Shown in pieces: positions 41,003-53,399 of a DNA stretch of 64,000 nt. This DNA comes from Tubiluchus corallicola (taxonomy: Eukaryota > Animalia > Priapulida): positions 104,098 to 168,097 of the forward strand of contig JAQGDQ010000350.1 of NCBI GenBank assembly GCA_030141605.1, given 5' to 3'. Under the pieces are notes generated by a model. That model did no database searches. It saw nothing but the letters and a program-made list of their open reading frames with translations, and was not told where the DNA came from. Within the stretch, counting starts at the first letter, position 1. Each line of letters begins with the position of its first letter. Position numbers and translations under genes: made by a program.

Positions 41003-42621
41003 CTAAAAAATAAAAAGCAATAATTTAGTTTGCACGAAAGTACTATGCTGTATATACAAAATAGAATCTAATATCGGGGGAAACATAACAAATGCACCAA
41101 AGTTTTGATTACAATAATATTAAAAGTGCCCTACTAATACAAAGTTGAAATTTCACTGTATTAGCCCTTGCCTGTAAATTTTACGGGCATTACAAGATTG
41201 AATGTTTTTCAAATTAGGGCTGAAAAGCTTTTGCAGGTAAAAAATTTAATTATGCAAACATTGTCAGCTAATAATCAACTAAAAAACAGCACGTTGATGT
41301 ATAAAGTACTACTCAGCAGATGGCAGCAGTGACGTAAAAGTCACATGTTTTAGTTTTTCAAATTATAGCCAAAAAGCTTTTGCAGGTTAAAAATTTAAAC
41401 ATCGAAACAATGTCAGCTAAGCATATACTAAAAACACTCACGTTAATGTGTTAGACCTTCAACAGAGAGCAGCCAAATATTCAATTAATTATATACAGGG
41501 CAGAATTCATTCGAGAATCACTAGATCTTAATCATCTGGACAGGCTATTCTATAACACTCACACGAACATCTGGTTGTAATTAAACACTTTTATTTTAAA
41601 TCAGCTTCGCATTAGATAAATGGCGTTTTACATTGTGCTGAAAAACTGACCACGTGGCGGACACCCGTCTGGGCGAGAGACCCGACAGGGTAACCAATTA
41701 ACAACAACAGGATCTAAAGTGAAAGTGAGACTGCAGCACGAGAGCCCATTTGATGTGCAAGAACTAAAAAGCAACAATTAATTAGGGCTAGCGGGTACCA
41801 AACGGCTTTTTTAAATCAGGTATTCGCAGAAACACCTTCCTTTTGCATAAACTTTGTCAAGTGTACAAACAGCAGGCATTTGCAAAAAAGATAAAGATTT
41901 TACAATTTCTGCGATTTCCCCCATTCATTTGTAACTTACTTAAAGCTCATCATAAAAACTAACCACGCAGCTGTACGAGCTTGTATAAAAATGACAAAGG
42001 ATTCCAGTTAAAAAAATACATAAAACGCCTAGGCATACACAAGTACAATACACATAATGTACATGATCAACGTGTCATTAAAACTTGTAAGCCTTCATGA
42101 CGTTTAATACAGACAACACAACTGAATATATATTTATGAAATTAAAATTATATTTCTTTATAAAATTAAAAAAAACATTAACACATTTTAACAAGAAACA
42201 CAATCTGTACCTAGAAGCTCAATTAATTATTTTGTATCATAATATGCACAGATAATATACTATTGAGTAATTCTACCAGACCCTCGTGTAAATTCATTAA
42301 CTTTTCTTGTTACGATGTCATAGACAATGTTTTTGAATTCTCGACAGTAAGAATGGCTCGAGTTTGATAAATATCCCACAATGTCATCAAATCTTATATC
42401 ATTTTTATTAAAAAAAATCAACGTTTCTATTGCACATTGGCAGTTAGCTTCAGGAAAGATGAAATGAATTTAAAAAAATGAGGAACAAATTTTCCCAAAT
42501 TTTCTAGTTCATTGTTTATAACCTGAGGATAAGAGCTGGTGTCCAGTGGAAACATTGAGTTTATTATAAGCAGAAGAAAATCGTTTACTAAAATAAAACT
42601 TGAAAATTAGAACCATCCTAC

Positions 42622-42697
42622 CTCACCAGCAGCAACCACGTGCCCTGCACGTCTTCTCGCGTATGGGTGCGGCCGACCCTCACCGGTAGGATAAGCT
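42622..42697 (-). CDS. Putative internal exon (AYPTGEGRPHPYARRRAGHVVAAGE) of the C2HC-finger gene
   Basis: Acceptor tttttcag| at 42698, phase 2 in; donor GAG|GTAGGA, phase 0 out. GTAGGAT is also kept in the paralogous copies near 30648 and 32417. Confidence 0.55.
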
Positions 42698-42785
42698 CTG
42701 AAAAATAAAACCTTGTTTAGCAAACATGTAATAGCAGTTAAGGGCACTGAAGCCCTAAAGGGCAGTTCACATTTTCTCGATAAAT

Positions 42786-43018
42786 CAGTGGTTCCCAAAG
42801 TAGGGGTAAATTACCCCCCGGGGGTAATATGTTTTTTTTTTTGGGGGGGGGGGGGGGGGGTAACGGGCACCCCTCTGAAAATTTTTAAAACTTTGCTTGG
42901 AATGCATTTTACATAGTTTTCACTTAGTTACTCACGTAAGTAGTACTAGGTGGGAGGTAATGGACACGATCGGGTTTCCCGATTTGGGTAACGGTCCGAG
43001 AAAGTTTGGGAACCACTG
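42786..43018. mobile_element. hAT (Charlie-like) MITE
   Basis: TIRs cagtggttcccaaa / tttgggaaccactg; perfect 8-bp TSD cgataaat at 42778-42785 and 43019-43026. Confidence 0.92.
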
Positions 43019-43798
43019 CGATAAATCATGGGTCATGCAGTAAAACTTATAGCAAAACGAAAATTGTCGTGAACTGATTCGCGAGTTTGTTTATGAACTT
43101 TATAAACTTTAGCAACATTACAACTTTACAGCAAGTTTGACTACAGTGAATCATTTTCTCACCTGACTGGTTTCTGATATGCATTACCCAAGCTTAACCA
43201 GTTTCAACTGATTTGAGCTTTTACAGTTTTAATCTAGTAGTCACAACGTAGTGTACAGAAAAGACAGTCAATAATAAAGTGTTTGTGCCACTAAAGCAGT
43301 TTGGTTTATGTTGCTACATATATTGACAGGAGGCTTTTTCACAAAAATGTAATTTTTGTGTCATCACATGGGCCAATTATATTATTATGCAGATACTTTC
43401 TCTATGTTTTTAAGCCAAAGTAAAGTAATGATCAGTTAAAACATTTCTGCTCTTGGCTTAAATTTTCAAAATTTGGGATTTCGCAACTTTGAACTTTTTA
43501 TTTATCAATTATTTCTGCATAAACGATCAACTGTGTCTGACGTTTGTGCATTACTGAACATTGGTGGGAGCTAGCATTTGTACTGCTATACTGAAACTGA
43601 AGTTTATTAACCAGTTTTTCACTCCAATTTCTTTAATCATGCCTGTCAGTGTCGATCATTTTGTTTATCAGGCTTACACATATCACACAGTTAAAGAAAC
43701 ATTCTAAACCAGTATTTGTGCTTTTATACATTATAAAAAGTTGATATTTAAGGGTTGAAAGTCAGTCCTAACTGTGCATTTCCGTAATACCTGCTCAC

Positions 43799-43930
43799 CT
43801 GGTGACACGAAGGGCCGGGACAGGCACGACATCAACCTCAAATGGACAGTTGGCCACCACATAGTGCCTGCCCCGACCTGCGATGATGTTGCCCAGCCCT
43901 CCACAGCTCAAAAAATTTGGGCATCTTCGT
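43799..43930 (-). CDS. 132-nt exon encoding a MYT1-like C2HC zinc finger (copy 3)
   Basis: ctctttcag| ... CAG|GTGAGC; phase 2-2; RRCPNFLSCGGLGNIIAGRGRHYVVANCPF. Confidence 0.7.
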
Positions 43931-44778
43931 CTGAAAGAGAAGCACAAAATAAGTTTCCATTTTCTGCAGAACAAGTTGCACAGACTGTTACTTTTGTCAA
44001 ACGTCAAACATCAAAAACACAATGACAACGACGATGACAACGGTGACAACAATGACAACAAGAGCAACAACAACAACAACAACACAACAAAAGTTATGTG
44101 ATAGAAAGATGCAGTTCCAGTTTAACAATTAACTGTCCAGTCATGTGATGTTCTTTGATTATTTTAGAATCACCACTCTTCCAACAGCCTGCGTTCCTAC
44201 AATTCTGTTACAAAAGTAAGAAAACAATATTCAAGCAAACTATGCTAAAAAAATGTCTGAAAAATCTGCGTGTTTCATGTAGATTTCAAGAAAGCCAATT
44301 TTTTTACTGTCCTCAGTAGGAGTTAGACGAATGGAAAGAAAAATAAATAAAATGACAATTTTGCAGAGTTGACAGCACAAATTTTGTACATTCATTAGTG
44401 AAAAGAAACAGCAAATATTTTGTTGCTGTGCGTCTTTGCTGTGCATCTTTGCTGTGCGTCTTTCAAGAGCAAAAAGGACGGAGGAAGGTTTATAGCTGAA
44501 TTCTAGCATGTTTGTTTTCCACCCTGGAGGTCACGGGTTCAATTCCTGATGACTAATACCAAAAGATTTAACATTCAGCAATGCTTGTTCTTTGATCAAC
44601 CACGCGGGTTTATTCAAGTAACGCGCAGGTAATAATAATTTGTTTATCAGGCTTATACATTTCACACATTTAAAGAAATATTCTAAACCAGTATTTGTGC
44701 TTTTATACATAATATAAAGTTGAAATTTAAGGGTTGAAAGTCAGTCCTAACTTTGCATTTCCATAATACCTGCTTTAC

Positions 44779-44910
44779 CTGGTGACACGAAGGGAAGGGA
44801 CAGGCACAACATCCACCTGAAACGGACAATTGGCCACCACATAGTGCCTGCGCCGACCTGCGATGATGTTGCCCAGCCCTCGGCAGCTCTCAAACTTTGG
44901 GCATCTTCGG
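44779..44910 (-). CDS. 132-nt exon encoding a MYT1-like C2HC zinc finger (copy 2)
   Basis: ctcctttag| ... CAG|GTAAAG; RRCPKFESCRGLGNIIAGRRRHYVVANCPF. Confidence 0.7.
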
Positions 44911-45364
44911 CTAAAGGAGAAAAACAAAATGAGTTTCCATTTTCTGCAGAACAAGTTGCACAGACTGTCACTTTTGTCAAACTTCAAACAAAATCAAAAC
45001 ACAACAACAACAGCGACGACGACGACAACGACAGCAACAGCAACAACAACAACAACACAAAAGTTATGGGATAGGAAGATGCAGTTCCGGTTTAACAATT
45101 AACTTTCCAGTCACGTGGTTTTCTTTGATTATTTTCGAATCACCACTCTTCCAACAGCTTGCATATCCCGCCGTTCCAACAATTCTGTTACAAAAGTAAG
45201 AAAACAATATTCAAGCAAACTATGCTAAAGAAATATCGGCGTGTTTAAGATTTCAAGAAAACTACATGAAAAAATTCCTGGAACTAAGTCACTCTTATTA
45301 TTCCAGTTGGTGGTTATTTATTAAACACGTGTTTGAGGAGAGAAGTACGAGGACCTAAACAACA

Positions 45365-45910
45365 ATGGCTTCAGGAGCAGCTGCCAGAAAGCAATCTGCT
45401 AGATTATCTATGCAACATTTCGAGATTTATGTTACTTGTAATCACTCACCCACTGTTGTATTTACGGACCATAATCCATTGACATTTTTACACAGATTCA
45501 GAAATAAGAATCAACGTTTATTGAGATGGAGTCTGTTCCTCCAACAGTATGATTTAATTACTAAACATGTCAAGGGTAAAGACAATGTGTTAGCGGACAC
45601 CTTATCAAGATACTGTTTAAAGTAAACCTAAGCAAAAAAACAAAGTTTTTTTTCTTATGGGGGGTGAGATGTTATGAACCGCCTGCCGATATTAATTTAA
45701 GCGCCAGGTTGGCTTCTCACCTGTGTTCTGTACCTGCTTTTGACCTAGTTAATTGTTATAGAGGTGGAAGTAATGTCGGCTGCTCAGGATGACAGCTCTG
45801 ATGTTTCGTTTTTCTTATTTTGTGTTTACTGGCAATAAAAATGAAGTAATGTCGCAAATGAATCTCCGTTTATTCACCATGTTTTGTGTAAATAATTCCA
45901 ACTCATAACA
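45365..45910 (+). mobile_element. 3' remnant of a Ty3/gypsy LTR retrotransposon (Gmr1-like): RNase H C-terminus, polypurine tract, 241-bp LTR
   Basis: VVFTDHNPLTFL...RLLRWSLFLQQY...HVKGKDNVLADTLSR ending at stop 45625; G-rich PPT at about 45657-45669; LTR 45670-45910 with tgttatga...tcataaca termini and an internal AATAAA. Confidence 0.85.
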
Positions 45911-46146
45911 CATATTCTCTCAATAAAGTTCAGCTTTCGTAAGTTTATGTACAAGCGCTGACGAAAGTTAAAATAGACCAATTTTTTTACTGTCCTCAGT
46001 AAGAGTTAGACGCATGGAAAGAAAAATAAATAAAATGACAATTTTCCAGTATTGACAGCACAAATTTTGTACATTCATTAGTGGAAAGAAACAGCAAATA
46101 TTTTGTTACTGCGCGTCTTTCAAGAGCAAAAAGTACGGGCGTGGAG

Positions 46147-46218
46147 GGTTTATAGCTGAATTCTAGCATGTTTGTTTCCCACCCTGGAGGTCGCGGGTTC
46201 AATTCCTGAACGACTAAT
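46147..46218 (+). other. Degenerate tRNA-derived (Gly-like/SINE head) sequence; second copy at about 44487-44556
   Basis: B-box GGGTTCAATTCC preceded by ..ttcccac..ggagg; acceptor and D stems not intact. Confidence 0.35.
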
Positions 46219-47505
46219 ACCAAAAGATTTAAAATTCAGAAACCCTCGTTCTTTGATCAAGCACGCGGGTTTATTCGAGTAACACGCAAGTAATGATAAT
46301 CAAGACCACCTTGAAAAGACAATGATCACTCGTGGCGAAGAAGTTTTAACCCACGAGAAATTAGATTATATTCAACTTAACTTTTACCTCTTGGACGAAA
46401 ATTGCTCGAAGTTGGTAGCTCAGTTGTTCACTTTCGCTTCACAACCACTTGCATAAATTGTTTTGAATTAAAAACAGCAGAATTTAGCAAGTTTTCACTG
46501 ACAATGGTTAAAGCAGCAAAGAGAACTATTGCAAACAAGACGATAAAAACTAGATTGATTTGCTGTAATGGTAGAAAACCACAATTACATGAATGTTGAT
46601 ACCCATTAAACTCCAAAGACAAAAAAGTAAATAACTGGAACACAGCCTCCCATTAGAAGCACAATTAATAACAATTAATAATAATTCTGTGGTGTGGTTG
46701 TGGGTTGTTGTGAGTTTACGCACACGATTCTTATTGACTAGTTAATGATAATAATAATAATATTAGCAATCATCATCATCATCATCATAATTCTTATCAT
46801 TATTACTGATCATTCTTCTCGCTATTACTAATTACAATAATGATACTGAAATCTGATAAAAGAAAATTTCCTTTTGGAAAAACAGCTAACGTTCAGAAAT
46901 TTGGTAATGTCTCGGCTGAATTAAAGGAAAACTGGACGATTGTTTAGACTCAATCTCATTTTAATTTACTGTCCAAATTATACATTTTCTTGCCTATAAA
47001 AGTTAACAATAGTTCCTTGTAATTGAATAATTAACTTAGAAAGTTAATTAACGGCAACCGAATACAGCCATTGCTTACGTCAGAAACTAACCACAGTTTG
47101 TGCAATGGCAGGCGTCTTCCTTTGCATGCCAAGCACATTTGCATAGGTGTTACAGGACTTTTTAAATACATGTCAGGAAAAATGGGGTCTACTTCATATG
47201 ACGTCATGAAACAAACACAGCAGTTCATGATCAGGACATTTGTGGGAGCTAGCATTTGTGCTGCTATACTGAAGGTTGTAACGCATTTGATAATCTGTAA
47301 TGTCTGAAGTTTATTAACCAGTTTTTCCCTCAAATTTCTTTAATCATGCCTAGTAGCATCGATCTTTTTGTATATCAGGCTTATACATTTCACACAGTTA
47401 AAGAAACCTTCTAAACCAGTATTTGTCCTTTTATACATAATAAAACGTTGAAATTTAAGGGTTGAAAGTCAGTCCTAACTTTGCATTTCCGTAATACCTG
47501 CTTAC

Positions 47506-47637
47506 CTGGTGACACGAAGGGCAGGGACAGGCACAACATCCACCTGAAACGGACAGTTGGCCACCACATAGTGCCTGCGCCGACCTGCGATGATGTTGCC
47601 CAGCCCTCGGCAGCTCTCAAACTTTGGGCATCTTCGC
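47506..47637 (-). CDS. 132-nt exon encoding a MYT1-like C2HC zinc finger (copy 1)
   Basis: ctctttcag| ... CAG|GTAAGC; RRCPKFESCRGLGNIIAGRRRHYVVANCPFQVDVVPVPALRVT. Confidence 0.7.
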
Positions 47638-47734
47638 CTGAAAGAGAAAAACAAAATAAGTTTCCATTTTCTGCAGAACAAGTTGAACAGACTGCATTAT
47701 TATTACCATCGTCATTATCATTAATATTATTATT

Positions 47735-47778
<44 letters not shown>

Positions 47779-47854
47779 TCTTATCATTATTACTAATCAT
47801 TCTTGTCATTATTTCTAATCACAATAATGATACTGAAATCTGATGCTGAAAGTT

Positions 47855-48562
47855 GGCTAAAAGTAAAGAGCAAGAATTTTGGTTAAAAGTAAAGAGCAAG
47901 AATTTTGGTTAAAAGTAAAGAGCAAGAATTTTGGTTAAAAGTAAAGAGCAAGAATTTTGGTTAAAAGTAAAGAGCAAGAATTTTGGTTAAAAGTAAAGAG
48001 CAAGGTTTTTGGTTAAAAGTAAAGAGCAAGAATTTTGGCTAAAAGTAAAGAGCAAGGTTTTTGGCTAAAAGTAAAGAGCAAGGTTTTTGGCTATAAATAA
48101 AAAGAAAGGTTTTTTGGCTAAAAGCAAAGAGCAAGGTTTTTGGCTAAAAGTAAAGAGCAAGGTTTTTTGGCTAAAAGTAAAGGGCAAGGTTTTTGGCTAA
48201 AAGTAAAGGGCAAGGTTTTTGGCTAAAAGTAAAGAGCAAGGTTTTTGGCTAAAAGTAAAGGGCAAGGTTTTTGGCTAAAAGTAAAGAGCAAGGTTTTTGG
48301 CTAAAAGTAAAGGGCAAGGTTTTTGGCTAAAAGTAAAGAGCAAGGTTTTTGGCTAAAGTAAAGAGCAAGGTTTTTGGCTAAAAGTAAAGGGCAAGGTTTT
48401 TGGCTAAAAGTAAAGAGCAAGGTTTTTTGGCTAAAAGTAAAGGGCAAGGTTTTTTGGCTAAAAGTAAAGAGCAAGAATTTTGGTTAAAAGTAAATAGCAA
48501 GGTTTTTGGCTATAAATAAAGAGAAAGGTTTTTTGGCTAAAAGCAAAGAGCAAGGTTTTTCG
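47855..48562. repeat. Minisatellite, 26-bp unit, about 27 copies
   Basis: ggctaaaagtaaagagcaaggttttt and the variant ggttaaaagtaaagagcaagaatttt. Confidence 0.95.
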
Positions 48563-49323
48563 CTGAGCTGGCTAAAAAAGCAAAATTTCTTTACGTACTG
48601 TTTAGGCATCTTGTTCAATTATTCAGACTGTTCAATCTGAAACAAGTAAAAAAATGTAGTATTATTATCACGCTCGGTCAGCTAAAATCACTTTGGCACT
48701 AAAACTGAACCTGATCTAGAGTTCGAATCCCACGCGTTCCGTGTTGAGCCGATCATTTGTTGCAGAAATACAAGAAAAAAATCTGTTGTTGACAGTGGAC
48801 GAATAAACACATGAACTGTAGGATAATTTAAAATTAAACAGAATATAGTCAAACTTACCAATTTAATCAAACGCAGTTGTAGTTTGTATCTGAAAAAATG
48901 ACAACTGTTAATTACATGCAATAAACGTTACCTTTGCAACAGCTCTGATGTAATTCTACAGGGGGGTCAGAATGTGTTATGACTAATATGAAGGCTTGGT
49001 GACGAAATAAGCAAAGAAATAATTTGCAAGTAGTTTGCAATTTCAGATTGAAAAACTTAATCTTAAAAGATAATAACATAATGGACCAATGTAATGTCAA
49101 AGTGCTTCTTGAGGTGGCAGACGCGGTAATTGTAGTTCAAAATTTTTGCATTTAAAAACGTAGACATTTAAAAAACGTGTGTTTATTTACTGTAGGGTAA
49201 TTTAAGATTAAACAAAGAGCAGTCAAGTTTAGCAAATCAACACAGCAAAAATTGACCTGAAAAAAACGACTTTTATTTACATGCAGTGAGTTAACTTTCT
49301 TACAATTTTATAGCAGCCCTGAC

Positions 49324-49508
49324 ATGAATGTACAGTTCTGTATTCAGTAAGCTGTTTGCCAGCATTCAACATCAGTGGTCACTGATATGAATGTACAGTT
49401 CTGTATTCAGTAAGCTGTTTGCCAGCATTCAACATCAGTGGACACTGATATGAATGTACAGTTTTGTATTCAGCAAGCTGTCTGCCAGCATTCAACATCA
49501 GTGGACAC
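49324..49508. repeat. Tandem repeat, 63-bp unit x3
   Basis: atgaatgtacagtt recurs at 49324, 49387 and 49450. Confidence 0.95.
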
Positions 49509-49520
49509 TTTGAAGGAAAT

Positions 49521-50075
49521 CAGGATAGTTTTTCACATACTACCCCATTTTCAAATCCAGTAGAAAGTATATATTTTAACGCAATTAATACTATAAAAGC
49601 GTTTCTGATATCTAAATAATAGATTAAAAACTTAATTAATGGCGGGCGAGTCCAACTGTTGATGACATCACAAACCAACATATTTTTCAACCGCAAAAAT
49701 GATTCTGTCAGATATTCGGTGTGTTGCACTAAAATAGGCATGTTTTAAGATAAAATTCTAATTGAAAATTCGCCATTGTGCTCACGCGAGGGCTGTGGAA
49801 CATGTGTAGTTCAACACAAACTAACACATCTGAGAGGTAGAACACCTGTTTTTGTGTAATACATTTCGCAAATACGAGCACCATTATCTAACTAGCACTT
49901 AACTAGCGAATGGCGAAATGCATTGGACAGTGAAGAACTAGTGGCGCGAATGTGAAATTGTGTTTGTGTGGTAATAATTCTTTCACGTAAGTCATTTAAA
50001 AAAAGGGATGTTTCCTTTCAACATTTTAAAGAGTAGATTGTTTTGACCTACAGTTTAAGATTGGGTCCGGTTTTG
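49521..50075. mobile_element. Inverted copy of the dispersed element at 1180-1715 / 61630-62215
   Basis: Reverse-complement similarity along its length (e.g. gaagaactagtggcgcgaatgtgaaattgtg; ttgacctacagtttaag). Confidence 0.65.
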
Positions 50076-52999
50076 CTTTAATGAATAAACTTGTGGCTGC
50101 TCAGATATTAACCAATAAGCTAACCAGGCTGTAGCCTAGTGCGACAAAGTTTGAGGGGCGTCACATTTTAAAAAAGTTCTTATTCTCCTCATGTATATTC
50201 ATGTAAAGCGCGTATTTTATAACACACCACAGGCAGTTTATAAGTGCCACATAACGAACAAGTGCAAGTTATTGCGCAATAAACAGTTGTGCAGTCTACG
50301 TTTAGTATAAGCGCTTTGAAATTGCATGTGATTAATAATAACTACATAAAAAATAGCTTAATAGTATTTCTAATACGCCACAAGTAATTGTTTAACCTGC
50401 TCATTACATAAACAATCATAAATTCTCAATAGAGATGGACTGGACACAACTATCAGCCTAGGGTGTCGTAAAGACTCAATATGCCCCTGATCTGAATGCG
50501 TACCCATGACCCGCAATACGCCCACATTTACTGGTTAACTCCAGTAAGACAGACGAATGTGTGTCGCCTATTCATTAACTAAGCGATATTTATGTTGGTT
50601 AACTTCGTTTGCGGAGATTATTCATCATGGAGGCACATTTTTTTGGGAAACATGTCGCTGATGACACAAGAAACACACCCAGGGCTACTTATATCCTCAC
50701 AAAAATCTGCATTTATCGTAAACAGAAATTTCAGAATTTCAAACATAATTGAAATTTGAGCAGCAACATTTTTAATAACTGTACTGTTTTTTCTACAGCG
50801 TGAAAATTGGCTTCTTTGTGACACTCAAAATTCATTTGCCAGGCTCAGTCTGAAGCCGGCAGACCAAGTCATTTTTGCTTCATAAGGTGAAGGAAAAATC
50901 TTAAAAAACAATAGTCAATTCGTAGATTTATAACTAGTTTTTTTATTTTTTAATACAGTGCTTCTTTTGGGACACCCTATACAAACAATCCAAGCGGCTG
51001 GCTGTGCTAAATGACATGTTTTTCACGTAAGGAAGCTAAACTGAGGTAATATACAAAGAAGCTAAACTGAGGTAATATACTTAATATACGTCAAAGCAAA
51101 CAAAGTCAAATATACAGAAATACAGAATTAATTATAAAACGTTCATAAAGGGCAAAAACAGACCGCAGCAGCAGCAGTAAAGAATTTGCGATTCAGATGC
51201 GCCAAGCAAAATCATTAGCTCAACAATAAACCGCTTTTATAAATTCTTGAACGCTAAACGTCTACTGCTCATGCGCAGAAAAAATGGTTGTTTACATTCG
51301 AACATTTTCGAAGAGATAATTAATTTGATTTTCCCAAAACGCGAAGTTTTGGATGAGTAACATGCGGCTAACGTAAGAACAGGACTGAATTTTAGAAGTG
51401 GCCAAAACAGCAGAAAGGACTAACTTTAGATGCAGCTTTAATGACAAACTGACTAATTGTTAGACGTGCTTTGTAAATGAGGAAAATGACCTTTAAATGT
51501 GGCTAGGTGTAAAACACAAAAACGATTGGTGTCCCAGCATTTATTATTTTGCTGTCTAACTGACAAAACTCGTTACCTAAGGCCAAGGCCTAGTACATGC
51601 AACTATACTTATGACTGTTACCTAAGGCCTAGTACATGCACCTGGACTTATGACTTGCAAACTATTTATTAAAACAATTAGATTGACATTAAGCAAATTT
51701 GCTATGAAATGAGGAAATAAATTAATGCCTGTCTTAACAATGCATTCCTATTGTAAACTGAATGAGAGTAAGACAGGGTGATTTTTCACATACTACCCGT
51801 TTTTCAAGTTCAATAAAAAGTATACATTTTAAAACAATTATTAGTGCAAAAGTGATGACGTCACGAACTAATAATTTTCAACAGCAAAAACATTCCACGA
51901 GCGTATTTGGAAAGCGAAAATTGAAGTACAGTGCTACTGTAAGATATTCAGTGTGTTGTACTAAAACTAGACAAGTTTAAACATAAAAATTCAATTTTGA
52001 AACGTCCCGCTGTGTTCATGCATGAACTGTCGAACGTGTGTTGTTGTCAGAAACCAACACATTCCATAAAAAACAAACTAATTTTTACTACTCAGTAAAC
52101 ACAATTTTGTTCAGCATAACAGAAACAAGACGCGAAGAAAGAAATTATAAAAAGTGCGAAATAAAAAATGCAACAATTTGCATTCGAATCAGTCATAAGT
52201 TTTACATGCATATTTATTATATAAGCCGTTTAAAAAATATATAGGTATGAATTTGTAAAATTGCAATATTTGAAATCCATTTAAAATTGAAACTATAGCT
52301 AATAGTAACGACTAGGGTAGATTATGAAGAGTTGTGAAAGATACTTAGATTATATATAGACATTGACACTTGCACATGTTGTAATAGTAACTGCAAGAGT
52401 GAACTGGTAATGGGATGGTTTATCCGTTAACCGTACGTTAATTATTAGCAAACTTATTTTTTAACTTAATTAATTTTAAATTTAAATCCGAGAATTAACA
52501 AAAAACCTGCATAGTCAAATAGCCCCATACGTACATACTCACATAGCCGCATGTGTCCGCCATGTTGAAAATTTAAAAAAATGCTTTCTTACCTTAGACA
52601 TTTGCACAAATAAACTACATTATAGTAACCATTAATAATTATAGATATCACTTAAGATAAACAATACACAATAACCAACACAAAGAGAAAAATAAATGGT
52701 ATTCATTAAAGATATTAAATAATAAATTCGCACTATATCTAATAACGTTAAATTCGCACTTACGTCGCTCAAACTAAGGAGACTGTACAATACTTGTCCT
52801 GTTCTTTTATACCCGATGAGGCTTCGGACGGGTCCATTTTAACAAGATAACGTGGGGTTTTTGTAGAACATGATTCCGATTATAAGAACACTGAACAGCC
52901 AAATACTCCACGTTTTCGAAAGAGTGGGACAGTAACACAGTAGTAGGTCAAGTTAATATGGGTATTTTAGTACTAAAAATCAACGACAGTTACTGTATG

Positions 53000-53040
<41 letters not shown>

Positions 53041-53399
53041 TCCCTCTCGCTTTTATGCAACAATTTTACAACTGATAATATAATAAATTCATGATTGTTA
53101 TAAATGATAAAATAAACTTATTTTTGAATTTTGACGGCAAACTCGTCCAAAAGAAAGGCGTGGGGGATCAGCCTGCATTTGAACCAGAAGCTATTTGCTT
53201 ACAAGTCGAACGCTGTGACCACTAGATTGCTGATATGGTGAGCGATCATGACAGATTTACATTTAATCTGTGTAATTCAATAACCAATCCAGCATTTCCG
53301 GGAGTAGAGACATGTCACTATGTTCATCTTGTAAGCGAAAGGTGCCGAGTTCAAATACATGATCTATTTGGACTTTTTTCTTTCGAACAAGACAATGAT

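Noticed and set aside
44487-44556. Functional tRNA gene
   Set aside because: Only a B-box/T-arm-like part is recognisable; no intact cloverleaf.
48932-48955. 24-nt phase 2-2 micro-exon upstream of the C2HC exons
   Set aside because: AG/GT and frame are compatible, but it is too short to distinguish from chance without transcripts.
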